Origin: an uncultured Phycisphaerales bacterium
GTDB lineage: Bacteria > Planctomycetota > Phycisphaerae > Tepidisphaerales > Tepidisphaeraceae
Reading direction: 5' to 3'
Length of the DNA: 64,000 nt
Assembly (NCBI GenBank): GCA_963755915.1
Contig: CAVWLP010000002.1
Location: forward strand, 4,944,363 to 5,008,362
Numbering within the stretch: position 1 is the stretch's first letter; the number at the start of each line of letters is the position of its first letter. A program made the position numbers and the translations under genes. The notes beneath the pieces were generated by a model. The model saw nothing but the letters and a program-made list of their open reading frames with translations. It was not told the origin of the DNA and searched no databases. Positions 34,633-45,993 of the stretch are shown here, one piece after another.

Positions 34633-34863
34633 TCAGGTCACCTTCCTCGATAATAGGTATAGCCCAATCAGCAAAACCAGCCCCGACCCGGCCCATCCCA
34701 GGATTGTGCCCGGCAAATGCCAGTTCGCCAGATCCACGGGATTCTCCCCGCGGCTCCAGCGCAGCGCCAGCCCGTAGCGAGGGTCCGTAATCCAAAAAAA
34801 CGCGATCCCCAAAACTCCCACGAGCACCAGCGAATACCCGGAACGGCGGTTGAATCGACGCAT
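34633..34863 (-). CDS. small two-TM membrane protein
   Basis: Two hydrophobic segments; TAATG overlap with the prkA stop. Confidence 0.65.
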   Translation of the reverse strand: MRRFNRRSGYSLVLVGVLGIAFFWITDPRYGLALRWSRGENPVDLANWHLPGTILGWAGSGLVLLIGLYLLSRKVT

Positions 34864-36939
34864 TACTCGTCCTGCTTGGAATCTCCCCGGGCAAAGATGC
34901 TCGCGACATAGTTCAGCACGTCGGTTGCGCTGGTCTCGTTATACCCGAAATATTTGATCAGCCGCTGCTTCACCACGTCGATCTTCTGCTGCGTCTCATC
35001 GTCAACCACACTGCTGACCAGGTTTTTCAGCTTGATCGTGTCGCGCTGGTCTTCAAACAGTTTCAGTTCCAGGGCTTTCAGCAGCCGGGCGTTGGTGTTG
35101 TATTCAAACTTTTTGCCATCCAGGGCCAGTGCGCCGATGTAGTTCATGATTTCCTGCCGGAAATCATCCTTGCGGCTCTCTGGAATATCGATCTTGTCCT
35201 CGATCGAGCGCATGAGCCGTTCATCCGGGTCCTCATCGCGGCCGGTGTAGCGATTCCGCACCCGTTCATGCTGCGTGTACGCCCGGACGTTTTCGATGTA
35301 ATTGGCGGCCAGCCGCTTGATCGCGTCCTCATCAGCGCTGATGGCCCGCTGGACTTCGCCCTTGAGAATGTCCTCATATTCCTCGCGAACCACGGCCAGC
35401 AGCTCCTTGTACTCTTTTTTCAACTCTTCATCGGTAATCAGCGAATGGTGGCTCAGCCCGCCTTCGAGTTCGTTCATCACCATAAACGGGTTGATCGACT
35501 TATCGAGCTGTGCCTGGTGGCTCACCAGCGAATTGCTGATCTTGTCCTGGATATAACGCGGGCTGATCCCCTGCATCCCCTCGCGCGGGGCTTCTTCCTT
35601 CAGCTCCTTGATGCTGTCCTCGGTAAACCCGGGAATGCTCTTGCCGTTATACAGCTTCATCTTCTGCATCTTGGTGATGCCGGCCTTTTTCGGCTCCGCA
35701 AGGCGAGTCAGCACCGCCCACATCGCGGCCACTTCAATCGTATGCGGCGCAATGTGAATACCCTTGATCCGCTCCGGCCCGAAATCTTTCAGGTAAATCT
35801 TCACTTCATCATCGAGGCGGATGTTGTATGGCACGTCGATCTTGATCGTGCGGTCGCGGAACGCCTCCATCATTTCGTTGCCCTGGAGGCGCTTATATTC
35901 CGGCTCATTCGTGTGGCCGAGAATGACCTCGTCGATATAGGTCTGGGCAAACTTTTTGGGCTTGATGAGATGCTCCTGGCTGGCGCCGAGCAGGTCGTAC
36001 AAAAATGCGACGTCCAGCTTCAACACTTCGATGAATTCGACAATTCCGCGATTGGCAATGTTCAGCTCGCCGTCGAAATTGAACGCCCGCGGATCCGAAT
36101 CCGATCCAAACTCGGCGATCTTTCGATAGTTGATATCGCCGGTCAGTTCTGTGCTGTCCTGGTTCTTCTCATCCTTGGGCTGGAACGTCCCGATGCCGCG
36201 GCGGTCCTTTTCGGAAAGGATCAGCCGCTTCACCTTCACGTGCTCCATCACCTTCTTCCAGTCGCCGCCATAGTTTTCCTGCAGGTCCCCGTAGATCTTC
36301 CGGCAGAAGGGGCAGACATCGCCAAACAGCCGAATCTTACGCCCGTCCGGGAGCTTTTCGTTGATGGCTTCGAGAACATCGTGCCGCGCTTCGCGCGGAA
36401 TCAGCAGCAGCGGCTCTTCGTGCATCGGGCATTCGAGGTATTGCTCCCCCTCATCACCGCCCGGGCCGCGATGGTGCACGCGCCACATATAGGTATAGCA
36501 CCGCCCCGCTTCGCCGCGGCTGTAATTCTCGAGCCCTTTCTTCAGGAGCCGTGCGATCGTCGATTTGCTGGAACCTACCGGCCCATGAAGCAGCAGAATT
36601 CGCTTTTCCGTGCCATACCCCTGCGCCGCCGATTTAAAGAAATCGACGAGCTGCATCAGCGGCCGCTCTAAACCGAAGATCGCGTCTGCGCCGCTGATCG
36701 ATTGGGTCGGCGAAAAACTTGTACCGGTTGTATTCCTGTTTGAACTGGGTGTACGACTCGCTCCCGTACGTCAAAATCATGTCGTACACGCGCTGAAACG
36801 CATTGCGGGCGACGACCGGCGTTTCCACAACAAGGTCGAGATACTCCCAAAGCGACCCCTCCCAGTGCTGTTCCCGGAAGTTCGAAACATCCAGCTTCTT
36901 ATCGATCAACGATACCAATGAATTTGTTTTTGGAGGCAT
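34863..36939 (-). CDS. prkA: PrkA/YeaG serine protein kinase (AAA+), frameshift near 36690
   Basis: [43 protein letters not shown]. Confidence 0.92.
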
Positions 36940-37302
36940 GGCCAGGCTTACTCCGTTTAAAAGACGACCAGCGGACGCAATATTCGCTCTTTAATTACCA
37001 TCCCAGTGCAAACGTGGAGTTGCACGCCCGGTTCTTTTAAACATCATCGACCGGATCGAGACAATTCCATTGCGAAAGAGCGAGGCCCGGAGTGGATTTT
37101 CCGGCGATCGGCTGGTGCCCGTGGTCCAGAAATATCTGCCGACCCCACAGCTTACCGCCTGTCCTTATAACTGTCTACGATGAAACGCTTATCCGGTTTC
37201 CCTTTCAGGCCTTATAAACCGCCAAAAAAAAAAAAATCCCCGAAGTTGTTACGCTTCGGGGACAGTCCCGCATTTTCAAGCCCCGCGACGGCAGGTTCGC
37301 GG

Positions 37303-38585
37303 TTACGCGGTTTTGACAATCGGCAGCATCGGATACTGATCCCCCAGAATCGGCTTGCTGGGCGTCTCCAGCCAATTCTGCAGAATACTCGCATAGACCG
37401 ACCGGAAATCGACCACATACTTGAGGTCTCCCTGATCCAGGTCCGACAGCGACGGATGCGGGCTCACGATCCCCTGCCGAATGCTCGAACCCATCACCAA
37501 CATCGGCGCGGCCGCGCCGTGATCGGTGCCGTTGCTCGCATTCTCCACCACGCGCCGACCAAATTCGCTGAAGGTCATCGCCAGCACCCGGTCGTCGTTC
37601 TTCTGCTGCTTCATATCTTTCCAGAACGCCCCCAGCCCATCGGACAACTGCTTCATCAGCGCATCATGCCGCGGGAGCTGTTGTGCGTGCGTATCGAATC
37701 CGCCCAGGGCGACATAATAAACCCGCGTCGGCAACCCGCCCGCAATCATCGCCGCCACCGTCTTCAGATCGTTTCCAAACTCAGTGGCCGGATACGCCAC
37801 CGGCGACGCGTGGTTCCGCGTGAGCCGCAAAATCTGCTCGCTGCTGAGCTGGGCATCCATCGCCGTCCGATGCAAGAAAGTCGAGCTGCGAGCGACGGCG
37901 TAATCTGCGATCGGCACTCGCACCGCCCGGCGGCAGATCCTCATGGTTAAGCTTGAGATATATTCGACCTTCGTCCCGCCCGTTGTACCGATAACTGTCC
38001 GGCCGCTCGAAACTCAGCGGGAGCACCTTCTCCCCCTGCATCGCCAGCGGCAATGTCTTCCCCAATCGCAATCCCCACCTTCGGATCGCAACCCGGGCAG
38101 GTGTTATCGAAATATCGCCCTAGCCACCCGCTGTCCGGCTGCGGCCGCTCCGGCTCGGCGCTCTGCCAGATATCCATCGCCCGGAAGTGCGACCGGTTCG
38201 GGTTCGGATATCCCACTCCCTGCACAATCCCCAAATCCCCGCTGTCATACATATCTTTCAGCGACGTGAGATTCGGATGCAGCCCGACGTAATTATCGAT
38301 CTTGAGAATCTGGTTCGCCGGATGCGAAATTCTCGTGCGCGCCCGGTAATAGGCGTCATCGCCATACGGGATCACCATGCTCAGCCCGTCATTTCCCCCG
38401 GAAAGCTGCACAACGACCAGGATCTTCCCATCCTTCCCCGAAGGCTGCTGCGTTAGCGTGCTATCCAGCGGATTGTTCAGCGCCAGCACCGTCTGATCGA
38501 GAAACGTCGGGATCGTCGGCGCAACCGCCAGAAGCGTCAGACCCTTCTGCAAAAAGAAACGCCGGGTGGAGACATTCTTATCCAT
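37303..38585 (-). CDS. DUF1501 protein with Tat signal (frameshifted)
   Basis: TRRFFL, QLSGGNDGL, PNRSHF, GGFDTH, FSEFGRR, GTDHG. Confidence 0.9.
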
Positions 38586-38598
38586 GGCTGCTCCTGCT

Positions 38599-40083
38599 TT
38601 AACACAACTGATATTCAGGCATCGAAACAATCAACTGCACCATCTTCCGCAGCGAATCGTCATTCACCCCATCGCTGAGCACATCCGCCAGAATCTTCTG
38701 TTTGTCGGTCTCAACCGGCCGTTGAATGAGCCGTTTGACCCACGCATCGGTGACCGCATCGGTCGCCCCCTGGTCGTTCGGATCGAAATCCGTCGGCCGT
38801 GCCAATCCCGCCCCAAGGAGATTATCCGTCGCCCCCTTGCGATTATAGCGCGTCAGCGCCGGAACCTGCCCCCCGCCAGCCAGACGCCCGTGTTGTACCG
38901 GATGAACAGTGTGCTGGTATTGATCCACATTCTCCCGCCAGCCCACCCGCGAACATTCGGCGGCATCAGTGGAAGCTGACCCATCTGGTTCAGCGCCGAC
39001 TCCACCGCCGGCGCCGGCGGCATCTGAAGCCCCAGCATCCGGATCGTTCCCACCATAAGCTGCATCGGGCTCTTGATCTGCACCCCAATCGAATTCGGAC
39101 TATAAAACGCCCGGCTCGTTAAAAATCGTCCGCAGCAGCGGCCGAATCTGATAACGATTATTCAGCAAAACCTCCCCCAGCGCCGTCCCCAGCGACGCAT
39201 CCGTATTCTCATACGCGAAATACTTGAACAACTCCCCCGCGATAAACCGCGAGCAAACCGGCTGCTGCAAAATAATGCTGATGACGTCATCCCCATCAAA
39301 GTCCCCGCTGCGCCCCAGGAAATATTTGATCCCGTCGTCGTGGTCCTCCTCGCGATAAACGAAATCCACGCCGTCGTGCCCCCACCCGGTGAACGCCCGC
39401 GCCCCCTGCTTCACATCCGTCTCGGTGTAGTTCCCGATCCCCAGCGTGAAAAGCTCCATCAGCTCGCGGGCATAGTTTTCGTTCGGATGCTCTTTTCGAT
39501 TTTCGTTGTTGTTGAGGTAATCGAGCATGGCCGGATCGCGCGAAATCGCCCGCACGAACGGCTCAAAATTATCCGCCGCATAGCGCCGCAGCAGTTCGTT
39601 CTGCCGCCACATCAGCATCGCCGAACGTTCGTCCTTCGCGCTGGTCGTGAAATGCCCATGCCAGAAAAGCGTCAGCTTTTCATGAAGCGGGTACCGTCCG
39701 TACGCCATCCGGTTCATCCACCAGCCGATCGTCGCGCTGATCGCCTGCCGGTTCGCCTGCATCAATTGTTGGATCAGCGCCTTCTTCTCATCGCGGCTCT
39801 TGCCGAAAAGCTTCCGGCAGTATTCCCGAAAATTGGCCGGCGACCCCGCGATCGTGCTCAAATCCGGCGAGTCATACTCCCCGCCCATTTCTTCCGCCGG
39901 CGCATCCGGAAAATCCATCAGCCATTCCACGGCCCGCTTCGGCCCGATCTTACGCACATATTCCACTTCCTCCGGCACCCCGCCGAACCCCGCACGATTC
40001 AGCAAATGCGCGGCCTTTACGTCATCGAAGGGATCAGAATCCGATGGAATATAGGGAGCTAATAGTGGATGAATTACCGCCAT
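38599..40083 (-). CDS. DUF1800 protein (frameshifted)
   Basis: HLLNRAGFG, FWHGHF, PNENYARELMELFTLG, PPNVRGW, PEYQLC. Confidence 0.9.
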
Positions 40084-40273
40084 ACCGTGTCCTTGGTACC
40101 GCCTTTTACCTAATACAACGTAGCCATGTTCAGGTTATTTCGGGCCTTTGTACAGTAATAATCGTGTCATCGGCCGATCCAACCCCCGGCGGTGCCCCAA
40201 CTGTTAGTAATTTGCGGTTATCGCCCCTTCCGCTCCGCTTGCCAACGATTGGGCCTTGTGATTAGTTAAGTAT

Positions 40274-41687
40274 ATGAGTGACGAGGCCTTCCAATCCGCC
40301 GTCGAACACCACCGCGCCGGCCGCCTGGCCCAGGCCGAGCAGGCCTACCGCCAGCTCCTTGCCGACGACCCCGAAGACGCTGACGTCACCCATCTCTTGG
40401 GCGTTCTTGCCAACCAAACCGGCCGCAAAGATGAAGCCACCCAACTCATCGAGCGGGCGATCCAGCTTGACCCTGAATATGCGGAGGCCCATTTCAACTT
40501 GGGCAACGTGCTCGCCGATAGAGGGCTGCCAGATAAAGCCGCCGATTCCTATCGCCGCGCCATCCAGCTTCAATCCGAATATCCCCAAGCACGTATCAAC
40601 CTCGCCAGCGTTCTCCTCATCACCGGCCACTTCGACGACGCGATCGATGCCATCAACCCGGTAGTCCGGACGGAATCCGGATATCCACATGCCCACTCCC
40701 TTCTTGCTGACGCCCTGGCGAGAAACCCCCGACGATTTCACCGCCAGGGCGCAGGCAAGCTCGGATGTTTGGCGCGACATCAACCCGCTCACCGACCAGC
40801 AGGCCGCCCAGCTCATTCATTCCGATCAGATCGACATCCTGATCGATCTCACCATGCACACCGCCAAGGACCGCCTTCTCCTGATGGCGCGAAAACCCGC
40901 CCCCGTTCAGGTCATCTACCTCGCCTACCCCGGCTCCAGCGGCATGGACGCTTTTGACTACCGCATCACCGACCCGTATCTCGATCCGCCCGGCGCGTCC
41001 CTCGACTACTACACCGAACAAACCTATCGCCTGCCGCGCACCTACTGGTGTTACGAGCCTCTCTTCCCCGAAATGCAGGTCGGGCCCCTGTCGGCGGCCA
41101 AAAATGGTTTCGTCTCCTTCGGCTGCCTCAACAATTTCTGCAAGGTAACGCCCACGACCCTCTCCGCCTGGACCGAACTCCTCCAAAAATCCCCCGGCTC
41201 AAAACTGATCCTCCACGCCCCGGAGGGCGCCCATCGCGATCGCCTCCGCCAGACTTTTCAGCGCACCGGCGTCGACGCCAACCGAATCGTCTTCAAAGGC
41301 AAAATGACCGTCCCCCAGTACATGCAAACCTACAACGAAATCGACGTAGGCCTCGACCCGTTCCCCTACGTCGGCGGCACCACCACCTGCGACGCCCTAT
41401 GGATGGACGTCCCCGTCGTCACCCTCGCCGGCAAAACCGCCATCCAGCGCGGCGGCGTCAGCGTCCTCTCCAACAGCGGGCTGCCCGACCTCATCGCCCA
41501 GTCCCCCGCGCAGTACGTAGAAATCGCGGCTAACCTCGCGGCAAACATCGATCGCCTCGCCCAGCTTCGCTGCACTATCCGCCCCACAATGCAAAAATCC
41601 CCCATCACCGACGCCAAGCAATTCGCGCTGGACATGGAAGAAGCCTATCGCCAGATGTGGCGAAGTTGGTGCGAAAAAGCTAATTAA
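40274..41687 (+). CDS. TPR + GT41 O-GlcNAc-transferase-like protein, apparently internally deleted near 40720
   Basis: TPRs, then IDILIDL..H, PAPVQ, FGCLNN..K, LDPFPY.GGTTTCDALWM; the N-catalytic lobe start is absent. Confidence 0.8.
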
Positions 41688-41693
41688 CATTCC

Positions 41694-42551
41694 ATGCAAA
41701 GCAAAAAATTACGCCTCGGCCACTCCCCCGACCCCGACGACGCCTTCATGTTCTACGGCCTCGCCAAAAACCTGGTCGACTCCCGCCCCTACCAGTTCGA
41801 GCACGTCCTCCAGGACATCCAAACCCTGAACCAGCGTGCCCGTAAAGGCGAACTCGAAATCACCGCGATCTCCATCCATGCCTACCCCTACGTCGCCGAC
41901 AAATACGCCCTCACCAGTTGCGGCAGCAGCATGGGTGACAAATACGGCCCCATGGTCGTCACCCGCGAACCCCAAAAAATCGCCGACCTCAAAGGCAAAA
42001 CCATCGCCATCCCCGGCGAGCTCACCACCGCCTTCCTTGCCCTTCAGCTCTGCCTCGGCAAAGCCGGCGAAGCCTTTCGCACCGTCCCCGTCCACTTCGA
42101 TCAAATCCCCAATTATGTGAAGGAGGGAAAAGCCGACGCCGGCCTGATCATTCACGAAGGTCAGCTCACTTACCAGAAACTCGGCCTCCACCTCGTCGTC
42201 GATCTCGGCGTCTGGTGGCAGGAGCAGACCGCTCTCCCCCTGCCTCTGGGCGGCAACTGCATCCGCAAGGACCTCGGCAAAACCGTCTGCCAGGAAGTCA
42301 CCAACATTATTCGCCGCTCGATCCAATTCAGCCTCGACCACCGCAAGGAGGCGGTTGAATATTCCCTCCAATTCGGGCGCGACCTCGACCGCGACCTCGC
42401 CGACAAATTCGTCGGAATGTACGTCAACGCCTGGACCCTCGACTACGGCCAGCGCGGCCGCGAAGCGATCTCAACCCTCCTGAAGCGCGGCGCCCAGGCC
42501 GGACTCGTCCCCCCCATCCAGGAAATCGAATTCGTAACCGCCCAGCAATAA
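41694..42551 (+). CDS. mqnD: 1,4-dihydroxy-6-naphthoate synthase (futalosine menaquinone pathway)
   Basis: HSPDPDDAFMF, IPGELTTA, GLIIHEGQ, PLPLG, MYVN. Confidence 0.85.
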   Translation: MQSKKLRLGHSPDPDDAFMFYGLAKNLVDSRPYQFEHVLQDIQTLNQRARKGELEITAISIHAYPYVADKYALTSCGSSMGDKYGPMVVTREPQKIADLKGKTIAIPGELTTAFLALQLCLGKAGEAFRTVPVHFDQIPNYVKEGKADAGLIIHEGQLTYQKLGLHLVVDLGVWWQEQTALPLPLGGNCIRKDLGKTVCQEVTNIIRRSIQFSLDHRKEAVEYSLQFGRDLDRDLADKFVGMYVNAWTLDYGQRGREAISTLLKRGAQAGLVPPIQEIEFVTAQQ

Positions 42552-42570
42552 GCCATTCAACGCTCCCCCA

Positions 42571-42600
42571 TTCGAATTTCGAGTTTCGAGTTTCGAATTT
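42571..42600. repeat. heptamer tandem repeat TTCGA(A/G)T x4
   Basis: ttcgaat ttcgagt ttcgagt ttcgaat; related units at 44590-44656. Confidence 0.8.
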
Positions 42601-42656
42601 CTGATTTCCCTCCGCTGCTTCTTGCGCGCTCGCCCCTTCAAGCCTATCCTTCCCAC

Positions 42657-43669
42657 ATGCCCGCCAAACTCCGCTGGGGAATCCTCGGCACCGGCAACAT
42701 CGCCACGCAGTTCACCGTCGGCGTCAAAAGCAGCGCCCGCGGAATCCTCGCCGCGGCGGGCTCGCGCCAGAAGCATACCGCGGAATCGTTCTGTCAAACC
42801 CACGCCATACCCCGCGCTCACGCCAGCTACGAAGCTCTGATCTCCGACCCCCAGATCGACGCCATCTACAACGCCCTGCCCAACTCCCTGCATGAACTCT
42901 GGACCATCCGCGCCCTCGAAGCCGGCAAACACGTCCTCTGCGAGAAGCCCCTTGCCAACACCGCCGCCGAGGCGGCGCGAATGTTTGACGCCGCCGCGAA
43001 ACACCGCCGCCTCCTCGTCGAGGCTTTCATGTACCGCTCCCACCCGCAGACCCTCGCGGTGATGCAAGCGGTCCAATCCGGCGCCATCGGCGAGCTGCGC
43101 CTCATCCGCACCAGCTTTTGCTACCGCACCCGAAAATCGAAGGCAATGTCCGTTTCGTCCGCAGCCTCGGCGGCGGCGGGCTCATGGACATCGGCTGCTA
43201 CTGCATCAATTTCGCCCGCTTTTTTGCCCAGTCCGAACCGACAAAAGTCCATGCCTCCGCGCAATTTCACCCCAGCGGCGTAGACGAACTCGCCGTCGCC
43301 ACCATGGAATTCCCCGGCGGCATCCTCTCCAGCTTCACCTGCGGAATGTGCGCCCACGCCGACAACACCGCCTATCTCTGCGGCACCGAAGGTTTCATCG
43401 AAATCCCCGTCCCCTGGAAACCAATGCCCGGCTCGGTCTTCATCATCACCCGCGGCAACGAGCCCAAAATGGACGGCCCCAAAACCCAGGGACCCCCGCC
43501 GAAAGACATTCGAAAAACCGAATCACCCGCGAACATGTACGGCATCGAAGCCGACGATTTCGCCGCCGCCGCCCTCGACGGCGCTGCTCCCCGGCTCACC
43601 CGCGAAGATACCATGGGAAACATGCGCGTCCTGGACGAAATGCGATCTCAAATCGGCCTGGAGTTCTAG
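42657..43669 (+). CDS. Gfo/Idh/MocA oxidoreductase (frameshift near 43135)
   Basis: WGILGTGNIA, HVLCEKP, EAFMYR.HPQ, GGGGLMDIGCY. Confidence 0.92.
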
Positions 43670-43939
43670 AGCATGCTCGGTTCACTCGTAGCGTCTGCGT
43701 TGCGTCCAAAGGGGCCGAACGCAAGGAAGAGCGGCGAAGCGGGTTTGAATAGACCCGTTGAGTCGCGATGACGCCGCGGGCGGCCCCTTTGGACGCAACC
43801 CTTCGGGTCGCCGCCATTTGAGCCCCATGCGTCGTTGCTCCTCCTCAACGTATCCGTTTAGAATACGCTTCGTCGTCGCGCCTAGCCTGTGGCCCAAATG
43901 GCGGCGACGCAGACGCTACGAGTGAACCGAGCATGCTCT
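43668..43939. mobile_element. MITE-like / structured inverted-repeat element
   Basis: Perfect 33-bp terminal IR plus two internal long IR pairs; no coding potential. Confidence 0.65.
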
Positions 43940-43940
43940 T

Positions 43941-44588
43941 ATGCAAATCCTCGCAGACTCCGGCGGAATCGCCGAAACTAACTGCTACCTCATCGTCGAC
44001 GAATCCACCGGCAAAGCCGTCCTCTTCGACGCACCCAACGACACCACCGCACTGCTGCTGGAAGAAGCCAAACAGCGCGGCTGGGACGTCATCGGCCTCT
44101 GGCTCACGCACGGCCATTTCGATCACGTCGCCGACCACTCCGTCGTCACCGAGAAATTCGCCTCCGCCAAAATCCTCATCCACAAACTCGACGAATCCAA
44201 GCTATCCGAGCCCCCCACCGTCGCCTTCGGCGTCCCCCTTGAAATCCCCCCGCGCAAGCCCGACGATTACGTCCAGGACGGCCAGGAATTGAAAATTGGG
44301 AACCTCGTTTGCCGCGTCATCCACACCCCAGGCCATTCCCCCGGCCACGTCATGTTTCACTTCCCCGACCAGCGCATCCTCATCGGCGGAGACCTCATCA
44401 TCATGAACTCCGTCGGCCGCACCGATTTCCCTGATTCCGATTTCGCACAACTCCAGGAATCGATCCGAACAGTAATGAAACTCCCGCCCGAAACGCAGCT
44501 TCTCCCCGGCCATGGCCCACCCAGCAGATTAAGCGAGGAACTGCAGCGAAATGAGTTTGTGATTGAGGCAGTAAAAGGAACGAAGTGA
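43941..44588 (+). CDS. MBL-fold metallo-hydrolase (glyoxalase II-like)
   Basis: THGHFDH, HTPGHSPG, GRTDF, PGHG. Confidence 0.92.
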   Translation: MQILADSGGIAETNCYLIVDESTGKAVLFDAPNDTTALLLEEAKQRGWDVIGLWLTHGHFDHVADHSVVTEKFASAKILIHKLDESKLSEPPTVAFGVPLEIPPRKPDDYVQDGQELKIGNLVCRVIHTPGHSPGHVMFHFPDQRILIGGDLIIMNSVGRTDFPDSDFAQLQESIRTVMKLPPETQLLPGHGPPSRLSEELQRNEFVIEAVKGTK

Positions 44589-44664
44589 CTCGAAATTCGA
44601 ATTTGACCTGTCCCGGCGCACCGGGGTTCGTCATTCGAATTTTGGGTTTCGAATTTGCGCCGCG

Positions 44665-45151
44665 CTACTGCGCCGCCGCACTCGGCGCCGTCGTCGCCCC
44701 GCCGCTATCGGCCGGCGCCGCAAACGTAATCGTCACCGTCGGGTTCGGCGTGTCGCTGCTCACCGTCACTTCCGCCGATCCCTTCCCGCCGGTCTTCCTC
44801 ATCGTCGCCCGCACGCGATAATCGCCCGTCGCCAGGTTCGGGAACGTAAACTTCCCGTCAGCATCCGTCTTCCCGGAAGCAACCGCCTTGGGCTTCGCCG
44901 GCGCGGCGTTGTCGTCGGCGTCCGCGGGCTTCGCGGTTGAAAACAGTCTTACGGTCGCCTTGTGGACCGGGTTGCTGCTGGAATCCAATACCGTAACGGT
45001 AATGCTTCCCGTCGCGTCGCTCGGCTGCGTGGCGGCCGAACGCGCTGGGCTGCGTACTAGCCGCATCATCCGCCCGCACCGAGCGGGCCGCGAAAAATCC
45101 CAGGGCCAAAACCGTCAACGTCAGCGCCGCTTTATTCATCCATCGAGTCAT
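44665..45151 (-). CDS. secreted carboxypeptidase-regulatory-like (prealbumin-fold) domain protein (frameshifted)
   Basis: Signal peptide, ATQP linker, GSITVTV...TDADGKFTFPNLATGDYRV. Confidence 0.75.
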
Positions 45152-45202
45152 AAAAGGTGACCTCCAGCCCCGGATTTTGGGGATAAACGATCGTTTGTCA
45201 AC

Positions 45203-45232
45203 AAAAAAGCCCCGGTTTCATCAACCGGGGCT
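45203..45232 (-). terminator. intrinsic terminator
   Basis: AGCCCCGGTT-GATGA-AACCGGGGCT followed by a T-tract on the minus strand, downstream of the beta-barrel gene. Confidence 0.85.
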
Positions 45233-45262
45233 GCGAAGGTTTCAGAGAATCGACCGGCTGAC

Positions 45263-45727
45263 TTAGAACTGCATGATCACGTCAAACGCGGCCGTCAGCT
45301 CGCTGTATTCCGGCTTATAGCTGGTGTCGAACACCGCACGGTCCGCGCAATCGCCGCGAAGTTCCGGGCGAATCTGCAACCACTGGAAGATGGGGTCATT
45401 CGGCAGCGGGTGAATCTGGACGCCGAGGGTAAGCTCGCCGTAGTTGGCCTGGTTGCCCGTCGTGGCCGCACCCTGGTCGCGATACCACTCGATTCGGAGA
45501 TTCGGGGTGAACATCCCGTTGATCTTGTACGAGACATACCCAACCGCCCCATACCACTGGGCGGCCTTGCCCGCATTCAAGGCGGAGTCGCCCGGCGCAT
45601 CCACGTACAGGAAGTCGCCGGTGATCGTCAACTGATCAGACACCGTCCACGAAGGAATCGCTTCGATCGCCGTCCAGTAGTCCGATGAGTTGTTCGAGCA
45701 ATACGGAGGTGGCCGGGGGAAACGGCC
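45263..45727 (-). CDS. outer-membrane beta-barrel (putative porin) C-terminal fragment, truncated at the segment junction
   Basis: Alternating beta-strands, NLRIEWYRD, IRPELRGD, terminal Phe. Confidence 0.75.
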   Translation of the reverse strand, partial: GRFPRPPPYCSNNSSDYWTAIEAIPSWTVSDQLTITGDFLYVDAPGDSALNAGKAAQWYGAVGYVSYKINGMFTPNLRIEWYRDQGAATTGNQANYGELTLGVQIHPLPNDPIFQWLQIRPELRGDCADRAVFDTSYKPEYSELTAAFDVIMQF

Positions 45728-45876
45728 ATGTTATCGGTACGGTTGGTCTTGCTATCCCAGACTGGACTGATGAGTTGTTAGATGATCAACTCAAGAAAAT
45801 GTGGCGAGAGAGGAAAGAAAATGGTGATCGCCGATTTAGATATCCCGCCGATTATTGTGAAGATGATATTGATTAA
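45728..45876 (+). CDS. 3' end of a hypothetical gene (AT-rich segment, truncated)
   Basis: Open frame ...DELLDDQLKKMWRERK...DDID* starting at the composition shift. Confidence 0.45.
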
Positions 45877-45993
45877 TTAAGAGACGTAATGAAACTTCGC
45901 AAGCCAAGAATATTGCATAACAATCAGTAATAGTTTTAATGTGTTAAGAGATAAAATTCTTGGTACATTAAATTGTTCGGAAGGGATGCAGCT

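Noticed and set aside
42571-42607. Heptamer repeats as a functional array
   Set aside because: A short simple intergenic repeat with no spacers or associated gene; recorded only as a repeat.
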